From Cenococcum geophilum (lineage: Eukaryota): a DNA stretch of 64,000 nucleotides. The position numbers and the translations under genes are program-made. The notes beneath the pieces were generated by a model. It was given only the letters and a program-made list of their open reading frames with translations. It was not told the origin of the DNA and made no database searches. The DNA lies in NCBI GenBank assembly GCA_050273025.1, contig CP158635.1, positions 25,048,001-25,112,000 on the forward strand, read 5' to 3'. Shown one piece after another: positions 40,710 through 55,107 of this stretch (position 1 is the first letter of the stretch; every line of letters begins with the position of its first letter).

Positions 40710-41499
40710 ATGACTTTATACAAATTGGTGGTACTTAGAGACGGTGGTGTAGGCAAAACAGCTTTGACCATCCAGGTAAACTATCACCTTCCTTCTTTTA
40801 GTTTGCAATCTGACTTAGCTAAAGCTATGCCTTAATCACTTTGTCGAAACCTACGATCCCACTATTGAGGACTCTTACCGCAAGCAGGTACAGATCGACA
40901 ATCAGTCATGCATGATGGAAGTGCTTAATACTTCAGGCCAGAACGAATACATAGCATTAAGAGATCAATGGATAAGAAATGGAGAGGGATTCATCCTGGT
41001 CTACAGCACCTCCTTACGCTCGTCCTTTGCGGGTATACAGAAATTTCATCACCAAATTTAAGAGGCCAAGAAGTCATCGCTGTCCGAGCCATTAACATAC
41101 CCAGGGTCATCATCGAGTGAATTAACGAGAAACCCCCGGTCGTTCGGCACAGCTCCGGTTATGTTGGTTGGCAATAAATATAACCGAGTGACCGAGAGAG
41201 AAGTCTTAACACAGGAAGGCAGTGTCCTTGCTTGTGAACTGGGTTGTAATTTTGTCGAGGCCTCCGCGAAAAACCGCGACAATGTTAAGAAGGCTTTCTA
41301 CGATGCTGTTCGCCAACTAAGAATACAAAGACAGCAATTTTATAGGACCGATAGCCATAAAGGCCTAGACAAACCCAACAACAAGCCAAGCGGCTCGGGC
41401 AGCAATTACAATCCCTAAGGTGACAGGCCTAGGACGAAGTATCCAAGTGGTAGAGGCTCTAGGTCAAAGCAGGAAACCCGTAGATATATAATACTTTAA
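40710..41499 (+). pseudogene. RAS2: Ras2/RasB-type small GTPase, RIP-inactivated
   Basis: MTLYKLVVLRDGGVGKTALTIQ | intron 40776-40824 | [22 protein letters not shown]...[17 protein letters not shown]...VMLVGNK...FVEASAK...YIIL*; two in-frame TAA stops; CaaX box reads YIIL. Confidence 0.93.
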
Positions 41500-42340
41500 T
41501 GACGAAATCTATTAGGCTAGTGGCGGAATAGTAGTAGCTACCATAGGCTCGCGTTAGTATAAGCATTATCCTGTTATGGTGTTCTTATAGATACCCTTAA
41601 GCCTAGATACAGAGCAGCTTATAAAAATGCTAGAGGTTATAAGCGCGGACTTTAGGCTATAAGAGAGCAATATACTGTTTTAGAATCTCAGCGCGATATG
41701 TCCTAGCAATTAAGTTCAAAGTAGTCTATAGGGCTTTTGTGGTCCCTTTTAGCTCCATTCTTCTACATTTATAGTAGTCCTAGCAACGTACTCTACTCGT
41801 AAGGTTTAACTTTTAGCATTAACGAGACGCATATTTGTAACTACTAGAGATAAAACCCCAGTAGAGAAAATAAGTCAATTCCATTGACAACGCGCCGGAG
41901 GATTCGGCACTAGCATATAACAGTAGCTTATTCGCCCCTAACTATAAGCATCCCTAACAAGCCGAAATATTAGAAGCTCCTTAGCACAAAATGCCTTCGT
42001 CTATAGGTAACCCTCTAAAGACTAAGTACTCCTAAATAGCGGCATTAGCCTTAAGTATGTATTGGTTCTAGCTTTTATAGGTCCTTGTCTTTATTACAAT
42101 ACGTCCTACCAATCTATAGCGCCGACTACGGGTCGCGTTTTTAAAGGCAATAAGAAGGCGGCCAGCGTGTTGTTAGAGAAGGCAATTAGTACGCAAAACT
42201 ACAAACTATAGTCATTACTATAAGGCTGCAAATCCCAGCGTCACCCCCTTTACTTAAAAGCTCCTACAAGGACATTTATATATCCCCTCAACTTCTAGCA
42301 CCGATTTAAAAAATTTATTGCGTTAATAGCTAATCGTTAT

Positions 42341-45300
42341 ATAAAGCATTTAAAAGCCCAAGCAAAAACGGCCGTGGCCGCTACCGCTGAAAATCTCGCC
42401 TGCCCATTTTATAATGGGCAGATATTCCAGCAAGATGACCAGCTATTTAACCATGTTAATCTTAAGCACCCGTTAGATATTGTTCTTAGCATCTCTCCCT
42501 TACCCAGAAGCTAATTTACCTCTATAGGAGATCTTTTACTAATCGGCCGACATGGAAAGCCTCTTATGCATCATCCGATATAACTATAGAAGGTAGTTCA
42601 ACACCCAACCTAACTCGGCTAACGCTTAAAGGCAAGGAGAGTTCTAGGAGGAAGGACCAAGCTCTCTCAACACATTAACGTAGTAGAAAGCGTGCTGCTG
42701 GCTCTAATATACAGCCTATAGAACTTGCCGCATAAGTTCTAATCCTTTAGGACAATCTAAGGCGTGCCAAAGTAGTCGGGTATAAAATTGCCGGCGAATC
42801 ATATATAGGCAACTTAAATTATTCCAGAGATCTTCAATATACTAGCGGTCCTGATCCATTAAGGCCAAAATCTAGTCACGCTCTCCTATTTAATTTATAC
42901 CATAGCTTAACCGCTAGTATAAATCCATCTATATAGCTAACGTCCAATCCGTCCAAAGAGGAGTGGTCCGTTAAAGCAAACCCCCACAGGTACTACTACT
43001 CTACCCATTGACGGCGATCCAAGGCCTATAGGTCGCCGCCTTATAGAAGTCCAAAGCACAGCTTCGCAGGCGGTTCACCGTCACCGTTTAATATACAGCT
43101 AATCCAACCAGGTATTATCGAAATTCAGCGTTTTAATCCTTAATATTTAAACCTTCTACTTTAACCCAACTCACGCCCTATTTCTTAAGAGCAGCTTGCC
43201 TTAAAAGTGAAGTCTATATATGCTGGTCTTACAATAGTAGAGACAAAATGTATTTATATAGACAGAGCGCAGGCTTCTACTACTCTTAGAACCGAAGGAG
43301 ATCCTAATTCTAAATTAGCAAATAATTACTAGTAAGTATTAATTGCTCTATACCGAACCCTACTATATAAGCATTATAACTTCTTCTTAGCCTCTTAATA
43401 TCCTTCTGCTTTTTCTACATTACGTTATCTGGCATCTAAGTACTCTATACCTACTAGAATGTAAAAATATAGTATCCACTCTTTCCTTAAACTATTACGT
43501 TATCGGCTGCCTAAAAGTTTGGATTATATACTTACTTTTATATACCTTGCTTACCAGATAATAGCTCTTCTCTATAAGACTATACCTACATTTAAGGATA
43601 CTTAGATTAAATGTCTTAGTGATCTTAGTTAATATTATATAGCTATCGAAGATAAGAACCTATATAATCGCGAAACCTAGGCAGGTGTTACACGTTTCTA
43701 GTATAATGAAGCTACTAATAAGAGCCCCTCCGTAGGACGTTTATACTACTATCTAGCTATATTAGCGCGGCCTAATACGCTCTAATAGCTTTACTACTAT
43801 TTACAGTCCTTAACCTACGTCTAGTTATTTATAAGCGCCCAAGAATCTATTTTAATACTACTAGATCTAATCCTTAGCCGTTCTAGAACGTTATATTTAC
43901 ACTCTCTACCCGTAAATATAAGTTTTATTAAAGCTTACAGTATTCTCTTTAGAAAGCTATCATTAGAAGGCTTTAAAGAAGCTCTCGCATTATTCTTAAG
44001 TTAATTAAATAATTATATTAGGCGAGTAACCGCTAAATAGAAAGAACAAGGTGTCTATATTGCCGTTACCAACATTACTAAGCTTTTTGATTACGGCTTA
44101 TAAGACTTAATCCTTAGGCATGTCTTCCAGTTACACGCTAAAAAATCACTCCCTAGCTCTTACACTAAACGACCATTAACTCCCTCGGATAATGATTTAA
44201 GTTGTTTACTATCTCTAGTTTACCTAGAACTAAAACACTTTTCTAATAAAGAGCTATTAGCTTAGCTTCTTAAATTGTCCTCTGATTTTGTATTCTCCTA
44301 TACTTATTATCTAATATTTTTAACTCTAGCTCTTATTCTTCGGCGTATTAGGGACAAAAATGTTCTTCGTTATATTTACGTTTTATTTATATTCCTTTCC
44401 ACCGCTGTTTTAATCTTATGCGTTAGCACATCGTTATACAACATCGCCCCCTAGCCGGAAATAGTTGCTTTCCTTAATGCGTTATTAAAATCTAAGGGAT
44501 ATAAGCCGCTCGTTATAAGCAATCTGTTCCCTAATTAAGATTAAAATAACAGCTATTTATTACCAGAAGATTACCTTATACGTGGGCAAGTTTAAAGTTA
44601 GTACTATTTCCCAGAATAGTGGTTTAGTAGTGACTATAATAAAGAGGAGCGCTCCCTTAAACTCGCCTTAACAATTAAATTAAGAACCTAGCGTATTTTG
44701 CGCCTTAGTTATTAAATCGCATCAGTAAGATTAAAAAGCCTTAATTAAGGACTTCTAGCCTAATATTGTTTTAGCATAAGCGCTAGATTAATTATAACCC
44801 AGCCTCTAATACCTAGACCCTTGCATTTATAACAGTTTGACTAGGAAACAGCTATGGTAATATAATACACTTTGCTAAGGTTAATATAACTGATTAATTA
44901 AATAACGAGGTAGCTGATTTTACCAAGGGAGCAACTAAGAAGATATTACTTAGGAATTACACCATAAGATAACGCATTATATTATTTTCTAGTGCTCTGT
45001 TAATAGTTCTATAAACTAGGTTGTAGTGTATAATAACAATATACTACTTAATTAACGAGAGGTATTCCAGATATTACTTAAGGAGGGCAATTAGAGCGTT
45101 GTGGTTCCAAATAGTAGTTCGTTGCCTTATATAATCCTATTTATAGGGCGTATCTAACTAAAATACCTAGTTATAGATAAGCTCCTCGTGCTATTAAAAA
45201 ATAAAGATTTAATAGGCATAGCTGTAGAACATACTCTCAATAACATTAGGGCTGCTATTATAGAAAAGAAGAAAGTGCGAATTACAGGTAGTGGTGTTAC

Positions 45301-45586
45301 TTACTAGTTTATAGCTAAGCAGACGGGCGACTATATAACGAAAGGAGGGAGGAATTTAGTAGAAGTGGCTTATAGAGAAAGTGATCTCAACCAAGAGAAC
45401 TGTTTGAGGGACTATCTGGGAGCAGTACCTACCGTTCTTATTACTAAGGATAGAGCTATAAGACTCGAAGCTACTAAAGTAGGGGTTGCCACCGTTGCTA
45501 CGTCTATAATTAAGAAAGTCCTAATCGCACTAAGGAGATAATCTAATCTTAGAGAAAAGCTAGGTCCTAACCGTACCAAAAAGTAA
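42341..45586 (+). pseudogene. Est1/SMG6-like DNA/RNA-binding protein with N-terminal C2H2-like finger and probable C-terminal PIN domain, RIP-inactivated
   Basis: RPIS*EQLALKVKSIYAGLTIVETKCI...LIALYRTLLYKHYNFFLAS*YPSA...IHSFLKLLRYRLPKSLDY...TFKDT*IKCLSDLS (fungal Est1-type signature after RIP); CPFY..HVNLKH near the N-terminus; VVVYNNNILL..VVVPN near the C-terminus; ends approximate. Confidence 0.85.
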
Positions 45587-46002
45587 GGTTTATATTTTGC
45601 TTTAAATCCTATATAAATAGTCCCTCGCACTACATATAAGCCTTTGGTCTAGGTTAGCAACCAGCCCAGTTACATTTAATTATATTCTCACTTTTAGATT
45701 AGAGTGCTTTAGTAGTGTAAATTAAACCTTATTATCGCTCTAGAGGTTCTTAGAGAAGGTCATATAACTCTAACTTTAATATATAGTTTTCCTATATAAA
45801 AGATGCCTAAAAAAACTAATCGCCCGCTATAGCGGCAGCAATCTAGCTATATAGCTAATCCTCCCTATATATTATATGTATATAAAACAGCTCCTAAAGT
45901 AGGAGATCGCGCCTTTTTAATAGCACTAAAGTTGAAGCTAAAATGAAATTTTGGATAGGGCTCGTCGCTCTATTTAGGGGTTAGTAAATTAAATTAGGTT
46001 AC

Positions 46003-49000
46003 TGTCGGTATACTTATATTATTAACGTGCACGAATATCACTTATAGTGGTACGTATGCGGTGTTAAAGTTGGTAGTTATTATTGTTTAGAAATAGGGGT
46101 TTACTCCAAGGTTAGATTAGCTAGTCTTACTTTATAGTCCCGTAACCACATTATATAACTAACATTCTGACACTAAAGCAACTCTAAGAAGAAGGCTAAT
46201 CTACACTCTAAAGCCAAGTCTATTTCTAGACTATTTATAGCATATACGCAATAGCTAAAGATCTAATTAATACGTAATAGTTTCTACGCTCCTCTTATAG
46301 GTCCGTAATTGTATAACCAGTATTATAGCTTATACTAATACCTTTAAACTAAAGCTTGTAGAATGCTGTATTATAGGGACACTAAGCTAAGAAAAAGAAG
46401 AAGAAAAATCGTTAGGGGTAGTAGGTTGATATATCGCGAGGGCCGCTAAGGCGCTAGTGGTAAGCGAGCTAATAGCAATTTTCCATCCCGGGGATAGAAA
46501 ATCCTAATTAGCTGGTTAAATTCAGGGTCCGCAGAATATGGCAGGTAGCGTGCCCTAGCACCATTACAACCTATAAACCACCTTCTATTACTCCTTACGC
46601 TCTATCTAACCTACAGCCTATATATCGACTTAGTTCGTATTAATAAGTCACTATAGGGCGATATAAGGCTTCCCCTTAGTTATCGCGTCTATAGGGTTAG
46701 CTCCACTATTAATCTATTTAACCTCCGTAATCTGCTAACGTTTATAGGCTTATTATAGGCATATTATATCAATTATTAATCACTTCTCTTATGTAGTTCT
46801 AAGTCGTATAAGACAGTTATATAGCGACTTAGAATCGGTACAAAGCATAAGCGGGAGGTTGATCTGTAGGACCTTATCTACCATAGACTTAATAGCGACG
46901 GCGATATTAAAGCCGTAAGCTATTCTGTAGAGTTTAGAAGCCAAAACGCTTCTAGTAACTCTTTTACACTTAATTAAGCTCTAATAGATAATATTGGCCT
47001 TCTTAGTTATATTAGCTAGTATAATAACGTAGCTAATTTGCGAAGAGAGGTCCTTATTATTGGTAAAGGAAGCGTCTATAAAGACTAAGAGCTATAGGGT
47101 CTTAGCCTCTAATTTAACAAACTTAAGACCTCTATGTAAGTTCTAAATCTGCTAGCTTAGGCGCTTATTTAACTCCTTTACGTCTACCTCTTTAGAATTA
47201 GTTACTTGGGCAATAAGGGATAAGTTAAATAAAGCCTTTAGTTAACAGACTGAGGTAATATAGGCTCCTTTAGCGCGTTAAGCGATATACTAGTCCTTTA
47301 GCGTAAGTAGGCTACGCGTAATTCCTCTGGAGCTAGTATTGTTTGCTAGCGTAGTATTAACCATACTAAGGTTCTTACATTAGCGCTTTTGCGTTAGCGT
47401 AATACTCTTATCTTATGCTAATTAAATAAGTCCTCTATTAAACTTAACTAGTATATTAGTAGTTAGTTACTCTTGCTCCTTAGCTATAAATTTAGCCTTA
47501 TATAGTTCGCTTTATTTAGCCTCTATAAAGGTGTTATCTATAAGGAATAGTATATTATTAGTTTATAAGCCGACGATTTTAAAAGGTTTATTGCTATAAA
47601 GTAAGTAAGGGTTGTACATAGACTGGTCTATTCGCAGCTAATTAATATAGTGTAAATAGTAGGTCTTAAACTAGTAGTTTCTAGCTTTAGGCACTTTATA
47701 AAGTAGCTTTATAACCTTTAGAATAGAGTCCTTATTAATTCCCAATTGTTTATTTAGCTCGTGTAGTGGTTATATATAGAATTTGCGGTTTAGGTTTATA
47801 GTAGACTGGATATAGGCTTATAAGATATCTTGGAGGTAAAGTCGTATCTATGGTAGTATAGTAGCGATATAGAGAATTAGCCGCTAGCTAACTCGTTAAA
47901 TTATTAGTAACTAAGTAAGGACTAGCTCTTTCTCTAAATCGTTATAGGCCTATATAATAAGTCGTGATTTCTTAAAGGCTTTATCGGTTCCCTTATTCTT
48001 AATCTCGTTAACGAACTATAAATTAAAGAGTTTAACCCCCTTTGGTATATTATATAGCTTAATAATCTTAAAGACGCCTTTCTTAAGTAGGCCTGTGACC
48101 TCCTTTTGCCGTAAAGCGCTGAACTAGGTGTTACCATCGTTCTATAAGTAAGTAGTAGTGTTAGCTATATCTGCGGTATCATCGTCCTGCAAGTAGATAG
48201 CGATATTAGCTATATCTGCAATATCACCTATAAGAGCACCTATATCTATTATAGCATCCGTAACAGCCGTGTCTGCGACGGCTATAAGTAATAGGTATTT
48301 ACGGGGGCGACCTCTACCTCACTTTGGCGGTAGCTATGGTTTAGCTTTAGGTAATAATTGAGGTTCAGCTAGTGTAGGTACTAGTTTAGCTAATTTAATA
48401 GACTTTCGTGGTTCGACTAAGTTTTATAGGTTTAGTAGGTAAGGTTTTACAACTATAGAGCGGAAGGTCGTAGGCCTATTTAGTAGCTTTACGGTATAGG
48501 TCTTACTATTAACGGCAAGCAGCATATATAGCCCGTCCTAATAACCACTTTAGCTAGTATTGCCTTCTCTCTAGACTAAGACAGGCGAACTAGGTAGGAG
48601 GCCGTAAATAGCGTTAGTTTGTTATCCATTTCGCATATTAAGAGCATTAGCAATCTATCGTTTAGCTTATAGCTTCTGGATTTCCACTATTACTTTCTTA
48701 ATAGCCGCAGCTCGCTGTATAACTAAAGGTAATAGTACGTCTAATTTAATTATTCGGGGGTAGGCTTTAAAGACTAGGAGTGTAGGGACTAGGCCTTTTA
48801 GGCTAGCCGTATTATTAATGGCTTTAAAAGCCATTTATAGGGCTATCTCCTTGCTAATTTTAGGGATTTTAGTTATAATAATTTGGTAGGCTTATTGTAG
48901 CGGACTATAGTAGCGCTCTACCATTCCGATGGAGTTGTGTAATTCGACTAGAACTGACTTTATAGTTACTCCTATAGTAGCGGCGTAGTGCTTAAACTCC

Positions 49001-52000
49001 TTACTAATAAAGTTCTTCTTAGCGTCTATAGTAATTAAGTCTGGTAGTCCTAAATAGCTGTTAATCTAGCACATTTGTAGAATGTTCTAAGTGTGCTTAG
49101 CGCTGATGTCTTATAGCCATCTACTAGCTTAAAATTAAGTTGCTTTGTTAACTACGTATAATAGGGGGGAGCCGCTAATATATATAATGTTGACGATAAT
49201 ATTATAATTAAAATTGATATTGTCTTATAAGGTAAAGCAAAATCTATTTAGAGATCTGCTAAACTTCTAGCAGTGGTAGCAGAGTCTAGTTAGCTCTTTA
49301 ATAGCAGATCTATTAGTATTATAGCCGTAGCCAGTCTTATTAAGAAGCTTTTGCAGTTTATTAACTAACAGGTAACTAAATCGACGGTATAGACGTTGTA
49401 GCTCTACGTTAGTTAAGTAGTAAGGGTTTACGTTAAAAGACTTAACTAAATAAAACTATAAAGAGAAGCTCTATATGAGAAACGGGTGGCCAAATTATCT
49501 AACTACTAGCACCTTTTTAGTGCGAGTAATAATGACGTCCTTTAGGTTATCGTATTTAATATAGAGTCTATCCATATCTGCTAAGCAAAGTAGGAAAGGA
49601 GTATCTACTTTAATAATATGGAATTGTACCTTGCCTATAGGGCTGTTAACGTTTATGGTTTTAATAGATGTAGAGGCTCTAATTCTAAATTGGATAGTTA
49701 CTTAGCCCTTAGTTAACGTATTAAGACTTACGGACTTATCTACGGCCTATAGGGCTTAGAATTGGCTGTAGCTAGCCGTAGACTTGCGCGAAGCACCTAT
49801 ATTAATTATAATTCCTATAAAGACCGTTAAGGTATATCGTGACGCTATAGTTGTGGCCGTATTATAGGCGAATAGGTTAGTCTCTATGTAGGGTTCTGTA
49901 GTAGACTTTGTAGTAAGTTTTAAAGCTATAAGTAGGTATATATAAGCCTTATTAGCTAGCTCTACGCTTATAGAGGTTGCTTCCTTTATAGTAAGTGTTC
50001 TAAAGGTGGTGATATAGGCAGAACTATTATTAGGTTCTCCGGCATCACTCCTAGAGTTATTAGCGTCTTATGTATAGGCTTTAAAGTCTAAATCTTTATC
50101 TTTATCTCTTTTATAAGCAGCGACGTATTGCTTAAAGTAGTTGTTAAAGTTACCCTTATTGCGGCCCTTAATATTAATAAAGCGTCTCCTATAGTCGTCT
50201 CTGAACCAACTACGCTCCTCTTCTATATATTTTTAAGAATAGCAGTTTTCCTTCTTATAGACGTAGCACTTAGCCTTTAGTCTGTTATTAGTTCTATAAG
50301 AGCGATTGCTACCATAGCGATTAGTGTTTCGGTCTCGACTCTGGTCGTTTTAATAGTAGCGTTAATCTATAAAAAAGGTTTAGTAAGATGGTCTTATTAA
50401 GGCCTGTAAGGGGTGTTCTTTTTCTTACGTAATAATAGAGGATTATAGCTTGCTAATTAACTAAGAAAGGTCTTCTAAAGGGTTAGAGACAGCGATATGG
50501 TATGCTGGCACTCCCTAGTAAGCAGTAACTAATTTATTCGTAAGAATGCGGTTTATATAAAAGTCTAGGTGTAGTCTATAACGTTACTTTAGCAGTTTGT
50601 CTATAAGCAGTTAGAAGTTCTAATAGATTAACTTATTAGGGTTCTCGTCTATAACTCCTTAGAGGGTTATACTATTCCACTCTATAAGGTTCTTGCGGTA
50701 GTATTCTAGCCCTTTAAAAAACTATTACATGTGGTTATAGGCTTCAGTAAAAGGTCTTAACTTAAGGTTGCTGTTATAGTAGTGGTCCTAAGTAAGTCCT
50801 TTTAATATGCTAGGGAATACTACTGCGTAGCCTTCTAGTGGTAAGCTAGATCTCTTATAGATATTATAGAAAATAGTTAACTTAAAGTCGAAGCTGTCAC
50901 TAACTCTATCGTACTTTTAGTCGTCTGTATAAATCTTTGTAATTATAGCTACCTCCTTACTATATCTAGGTCCTTACCTAGGTCCTTACTCTATACTAGG
51001 CACGGCCAGTTTGGGTGGTGTATATATATATAGCTGCTACGGTTACTGCGGCTACTATAGTTGCTACTCTCTTAGCTATAGCAATTGGTTAATAAGGGTA
51101 TGTATTTGCCTATAGTTAGAGGTAGGCTAAATAGGGGTAGGCTAAATAGCAGACTAAATAGCGGGCTGAATAACAGGCGTTGGAGGTAGTGGGGGTAGTG
51201 GAGGCGTAGATATAGGTGTTTGCGTACCAGACCTAGGTGGTATTATAACTATAGCTATAGGCTAAGACAATAGACCGTTATAAGTGTGGTTTAACCTGTT
51301 TCGTAGTGCTCTTATAGCCAGTAGTTCTGCCAACTCCTTAATAGTTACCACGATCTCCTTATCTATCTATTAATGTAGTTCTTCTTATTATACAACTTTA
51401 AATAGCAGCTCAGATATGGTAACTCTGCTGTTATATTTGCCTACATAAACACCTCTTTTAAGGAGATATCTTCGCAGTTTAGATCTAATATCTATGCGTA
51501 TCTTCTTAAAGCTCTCTACTGTGAATCCCTTAAACTGCTCTTAAAAGACGGCCTATAAGTCGTTGTCCGTAAGGTCTTGTGTTTTATATAGATATATTAT
51601 CGTTTCTACAAACTCTATCAGTTCGTCCTTTATAGCCTCGTCTACATTAATTCCGTATCCGTATTTACTGGCCATTACGGCCCATTCTTCCTCCATTAGT
51701 GCTATAGTTGTAGGTATAAGGGTAGGTATGAGGGTAGGTATAAGGGTAGTACGAGGGTGAGGGTATTAAGGTAAGGGTATTGAGGTAAGGGTGTTTGAGT
51801 GTCCCCTTAACAAATCTACAGTTTTTGAAGACTAAAGACGATTCTTAGCAAAGATATGATCCTCTAGGCGATTTTACGCGTTGGTAGTTAAGCTAATGTG
51901 GGGTCTTAAGCTTTGAGGGTGGTGTCTTCCGGGTATATACGTGTCCTATTAACAAGTCTATAGTTTTTAGAGAACTAAAAACGATTCTTAGCAAAGATAT

Positions 52001-52357
52001 AAGCCTTTAGGCGATTAAACGCGTTAGCAGTTAAGCTAATATATAGTCTTAAGCTTTAAGGGTAACGTAACTCTCTCCTTTAACTAAAATAGGGCGATAG
52101 CTCTGCGATTATTAAACACTAGGTAAGTAGTGCTGTTTCTTAAGCTTTACTATTGCGTATTTCCTAATCTATACGTCTACTAATTAATATCGGTATACTC
52201 GCATTATTAACGTGCACGAATATCACTTATAGTGGTACGTATGCGGTATTAAAGTTAGTAGTTGTTATTATCTGGAAATAGGGGTTTGCTCCAAGGTCAG
52301 ATTAGCTAGTCTCGCTTTATAGTCCTGTAACCACGTTACATAACTAATATTCCGGCA
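46003..52357 (-). mobile_element. Full-length Copia retrotransposon (element C, probably GalEa-like), RIP-inactivated
   Basis: 170-bp LTRs 46003-46172 and 52188-52357; TSD GTTAC; protease-like GASRKSTA (~49790), LQRLYRRF pre-integrase, RDIL*AYIQST RT, LCTDSKSLYNCL RNase H; no GTTATGAGCCC PBS; ~141-bp direct repeat in the 5' region (51811-52065). Confidence 0.93.
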
Positions 52358-53248
52358 GTTACGCTATCTCTAATTAAGTCCGAACCGGTATACGATTTCC
52401 TTATTAAGAAAAGTTATTTTTTACATTTAATAAAGCCGTTGCGGTTTTAGCTTTGCGTACACTAATAAGGTATCGGAACCTTTATAGGCTTTATATTAGC
52501 GACTTAGTTAATTGAGGTATAAGTATAGCGAGAAGGATATATGCAAGCCTGTATAATTAGATTGTCTATAAACGAGGATCTAAAGCTAGAGAAAGGAAAG
52601 GAGAAGAAGAACAGCGCTAGTTAAAGTAGGGTTCTTTTATACGGTCCTCTAGTTATATAACTATAAAGTTCTGCCAAGTTCTACTAACTAAGTTCTGCCG
52701 TTTTCTGCCAGCGCCGTAACACTTCACTAGGCACAATTATAGGCGTGTTCTCTACTAAATTAATAGGGCCAGCTTTAGTAAGATGGGAAGACGTAATATA
52801 AGCAGGATAGCGATAGTTTGTTTTCGGCGCGTATATTATATTACGATTGTAGTATATTATAGAACTACCCACCAAAAGCCCCTATATTTACTCCCCTTAA
52901 CCAAAAGCAATACCTAACATCCGTCCCTACGTGACGGAAAACCCACTATATAGGAAAATATAAGGGGTACTTTGATTTTAAGCAACTATAACTCTGCGCA
53001 TATGTTATGCTTCACTATAATTATATATAAGTCGTATACTGTAGCTACTTTGCAATATTTAAGACCCTTTATATCTATAAATTATGCTTATATTATCGCC
53101 TTCGCGCCTTATTTACAGAGAGCCTCCTTTTAGAGCGTAATAATATCCCTTTACTACAGCACTACTATTAGGCTCTTACTATTTACAAAACCTATAATAG
53201 GGTCTTATCTAAGCCTAAGAACTTTATTATAATGTTAGGAAGTCATTA

Positions 53249-54240
53249 TATTGAACTAAAAGTTTAGGTTAGGAAGACTCGTATAAAGATTAATCTATAA
53301 AGAAAAGAGACTATATATATATATAAGGTATAAGTTATAGGTAAGGGGGGGACCTTCCTCCCCATATAACTTATAACTAAGCTACACTTAGTATCTAACA
53401 CACCCTCCCAGCTTTAAGCTCTCTGAGATTGAAGCTATATTACTAGTCTAGGCGTAGAATTTTAAAGTCTTATTCTAAAGCTCAATAACCTAACCCTGTA
53501 TTACCCTCGTCTCGTTCTAAGAACCTATATCTTTTACTATTAGTATATCCAAGCTAGCTTCCGCTCTGGCGTCTTACTCTAACTAGGCTCTACTTAAACG
53601 CCATATAGGGTCGTTACGCTATAGTAGAGTAGGTCAACTATATCGAATAGTTATATATCTAGGTTATAGTTGTCTTTATAGGAGGATTAATTAAGGGACG
53701 AATTAATTGTCATAGCAGTATAGTGCAAGCGACTCGTTAATTGTAACGCGTCGCTTATTACAACGGCGTTAATGTCATTATCTTTTATGGTAGTAGGGTG
53801 CCAGCTTCTTCTAAAGGCGCGTCGCTTATTACGACGGCTCCAGTTTTATGGCAGTAAGGTGCCTTCTTCTTATAAGGGCGCATCGCTCGTCACGACGGCT
53901 CCTCTTATATTGTGGTAGCAAGGTGCCAGCGTCTTATTATGCGCGTCGCTTATTACAACGGCTCTAGGTAGTAAGGTGCCTTCTTCTTATTAATAACGAG
54001 TATACTATATATACCCGGACATAAGCCGTAGGAATAGCTAATTAAAAGAGGTAATCAGTGCGTGGGAAACAACCCTAGGCTTATAACTGTCGAACTAAAA
54101 GTTTAAGTTAGGAAGACTTATATAAAGATTAATCTATAAAGAAAAGAGACTATATATATATATAAGGTATAAGTTATAGGTAGGGGGGGGGACCCCCCTC
54201 CCCATATAACTTATAACTAAGCCACACTTAGCGTCTAACA
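53249..54240 (-). mobile_element. Non-autonomous Copia-type LTR element (TRIM-like, 992 bp) inserted in the left TIR
   Basis: ~152-bp LTRs 53249-53400 and 54088-54240; TSD CATTA; RIP-altered PBS (GTTATAAGCCTAGG) and PPT plus stem-loop as in elements A and B; 687-bp interior with ~4 imperfect ~60-bp repeats. Confidence 0.92.
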
Positions 54241-55107
54241 CATTATTAGCCTTATATCTACTATAGTACGCAAATTTATGCAAGGTTGCTACGTAGGTTA
54301 GTACCTCTAATTAAAGCGATCACTAATTCCGGCTAGTATAAAACGACCCTATACATTCCACGTAATATCTAAGAAGTAATTTACTTACGTTAATTAAGTA
54401 AGTCTAAGCCTATAGCTATGCGGAGTCTTAGTAAGTAGGCTAACCTTAGCCCCGCAGCCTTGCGACCTAACTTAACCTTAGCTATGCGTCTAGTTAACCA
54501 ACTTAACTCTCTAAAAACGGCTATAGAATTCGCCACCTCACAAGGGTATGGCCGGAGCGGGTCGGCCGCCCTCCCTGCTAGCGTGCTATACGGAATATTT
54601 TACCTACTAAAGTACCGGTAGTGACAAACCCGCTACTAACCCAAGCACCAATTTCGCCATAGATATATACTAGAACCGTAACTACCCTCTAAGCAATATA
54701 TCTAAAGCCTGCTTATAAATATAACCCTATCTTCTAACTTAGTATATACTCCTCTTAGTTCAATATATAAGCTAATGCTTAAGAAGTCATTTATTTACAC
54801 TTATATTCGTCTATTATAGATAGTAATACTAATAGACTAGAGCGCTAAGAAATAGAGTAGATAAAGCGGCTATATTTAAGTCCGTGTACTCCAGTACCTC
54901 TAGCTAAAGGTACTAGTCTAGGTAATTACTAGGTCTAAAAGAGTAATTTATAATAGTTTTACTAGAGTAAAGTAGATAAAGGAGGCCATTTTAGGAGGTG
55001 GATGGACTAGATTTAACCCTCCGCTCTACGCTATCTAGTTTATTAGCATCACTAGTTACGGAGACGCTGCTCTATATAACTTGCATACTAAGCCAGTCTA
55101 CTCTAAG

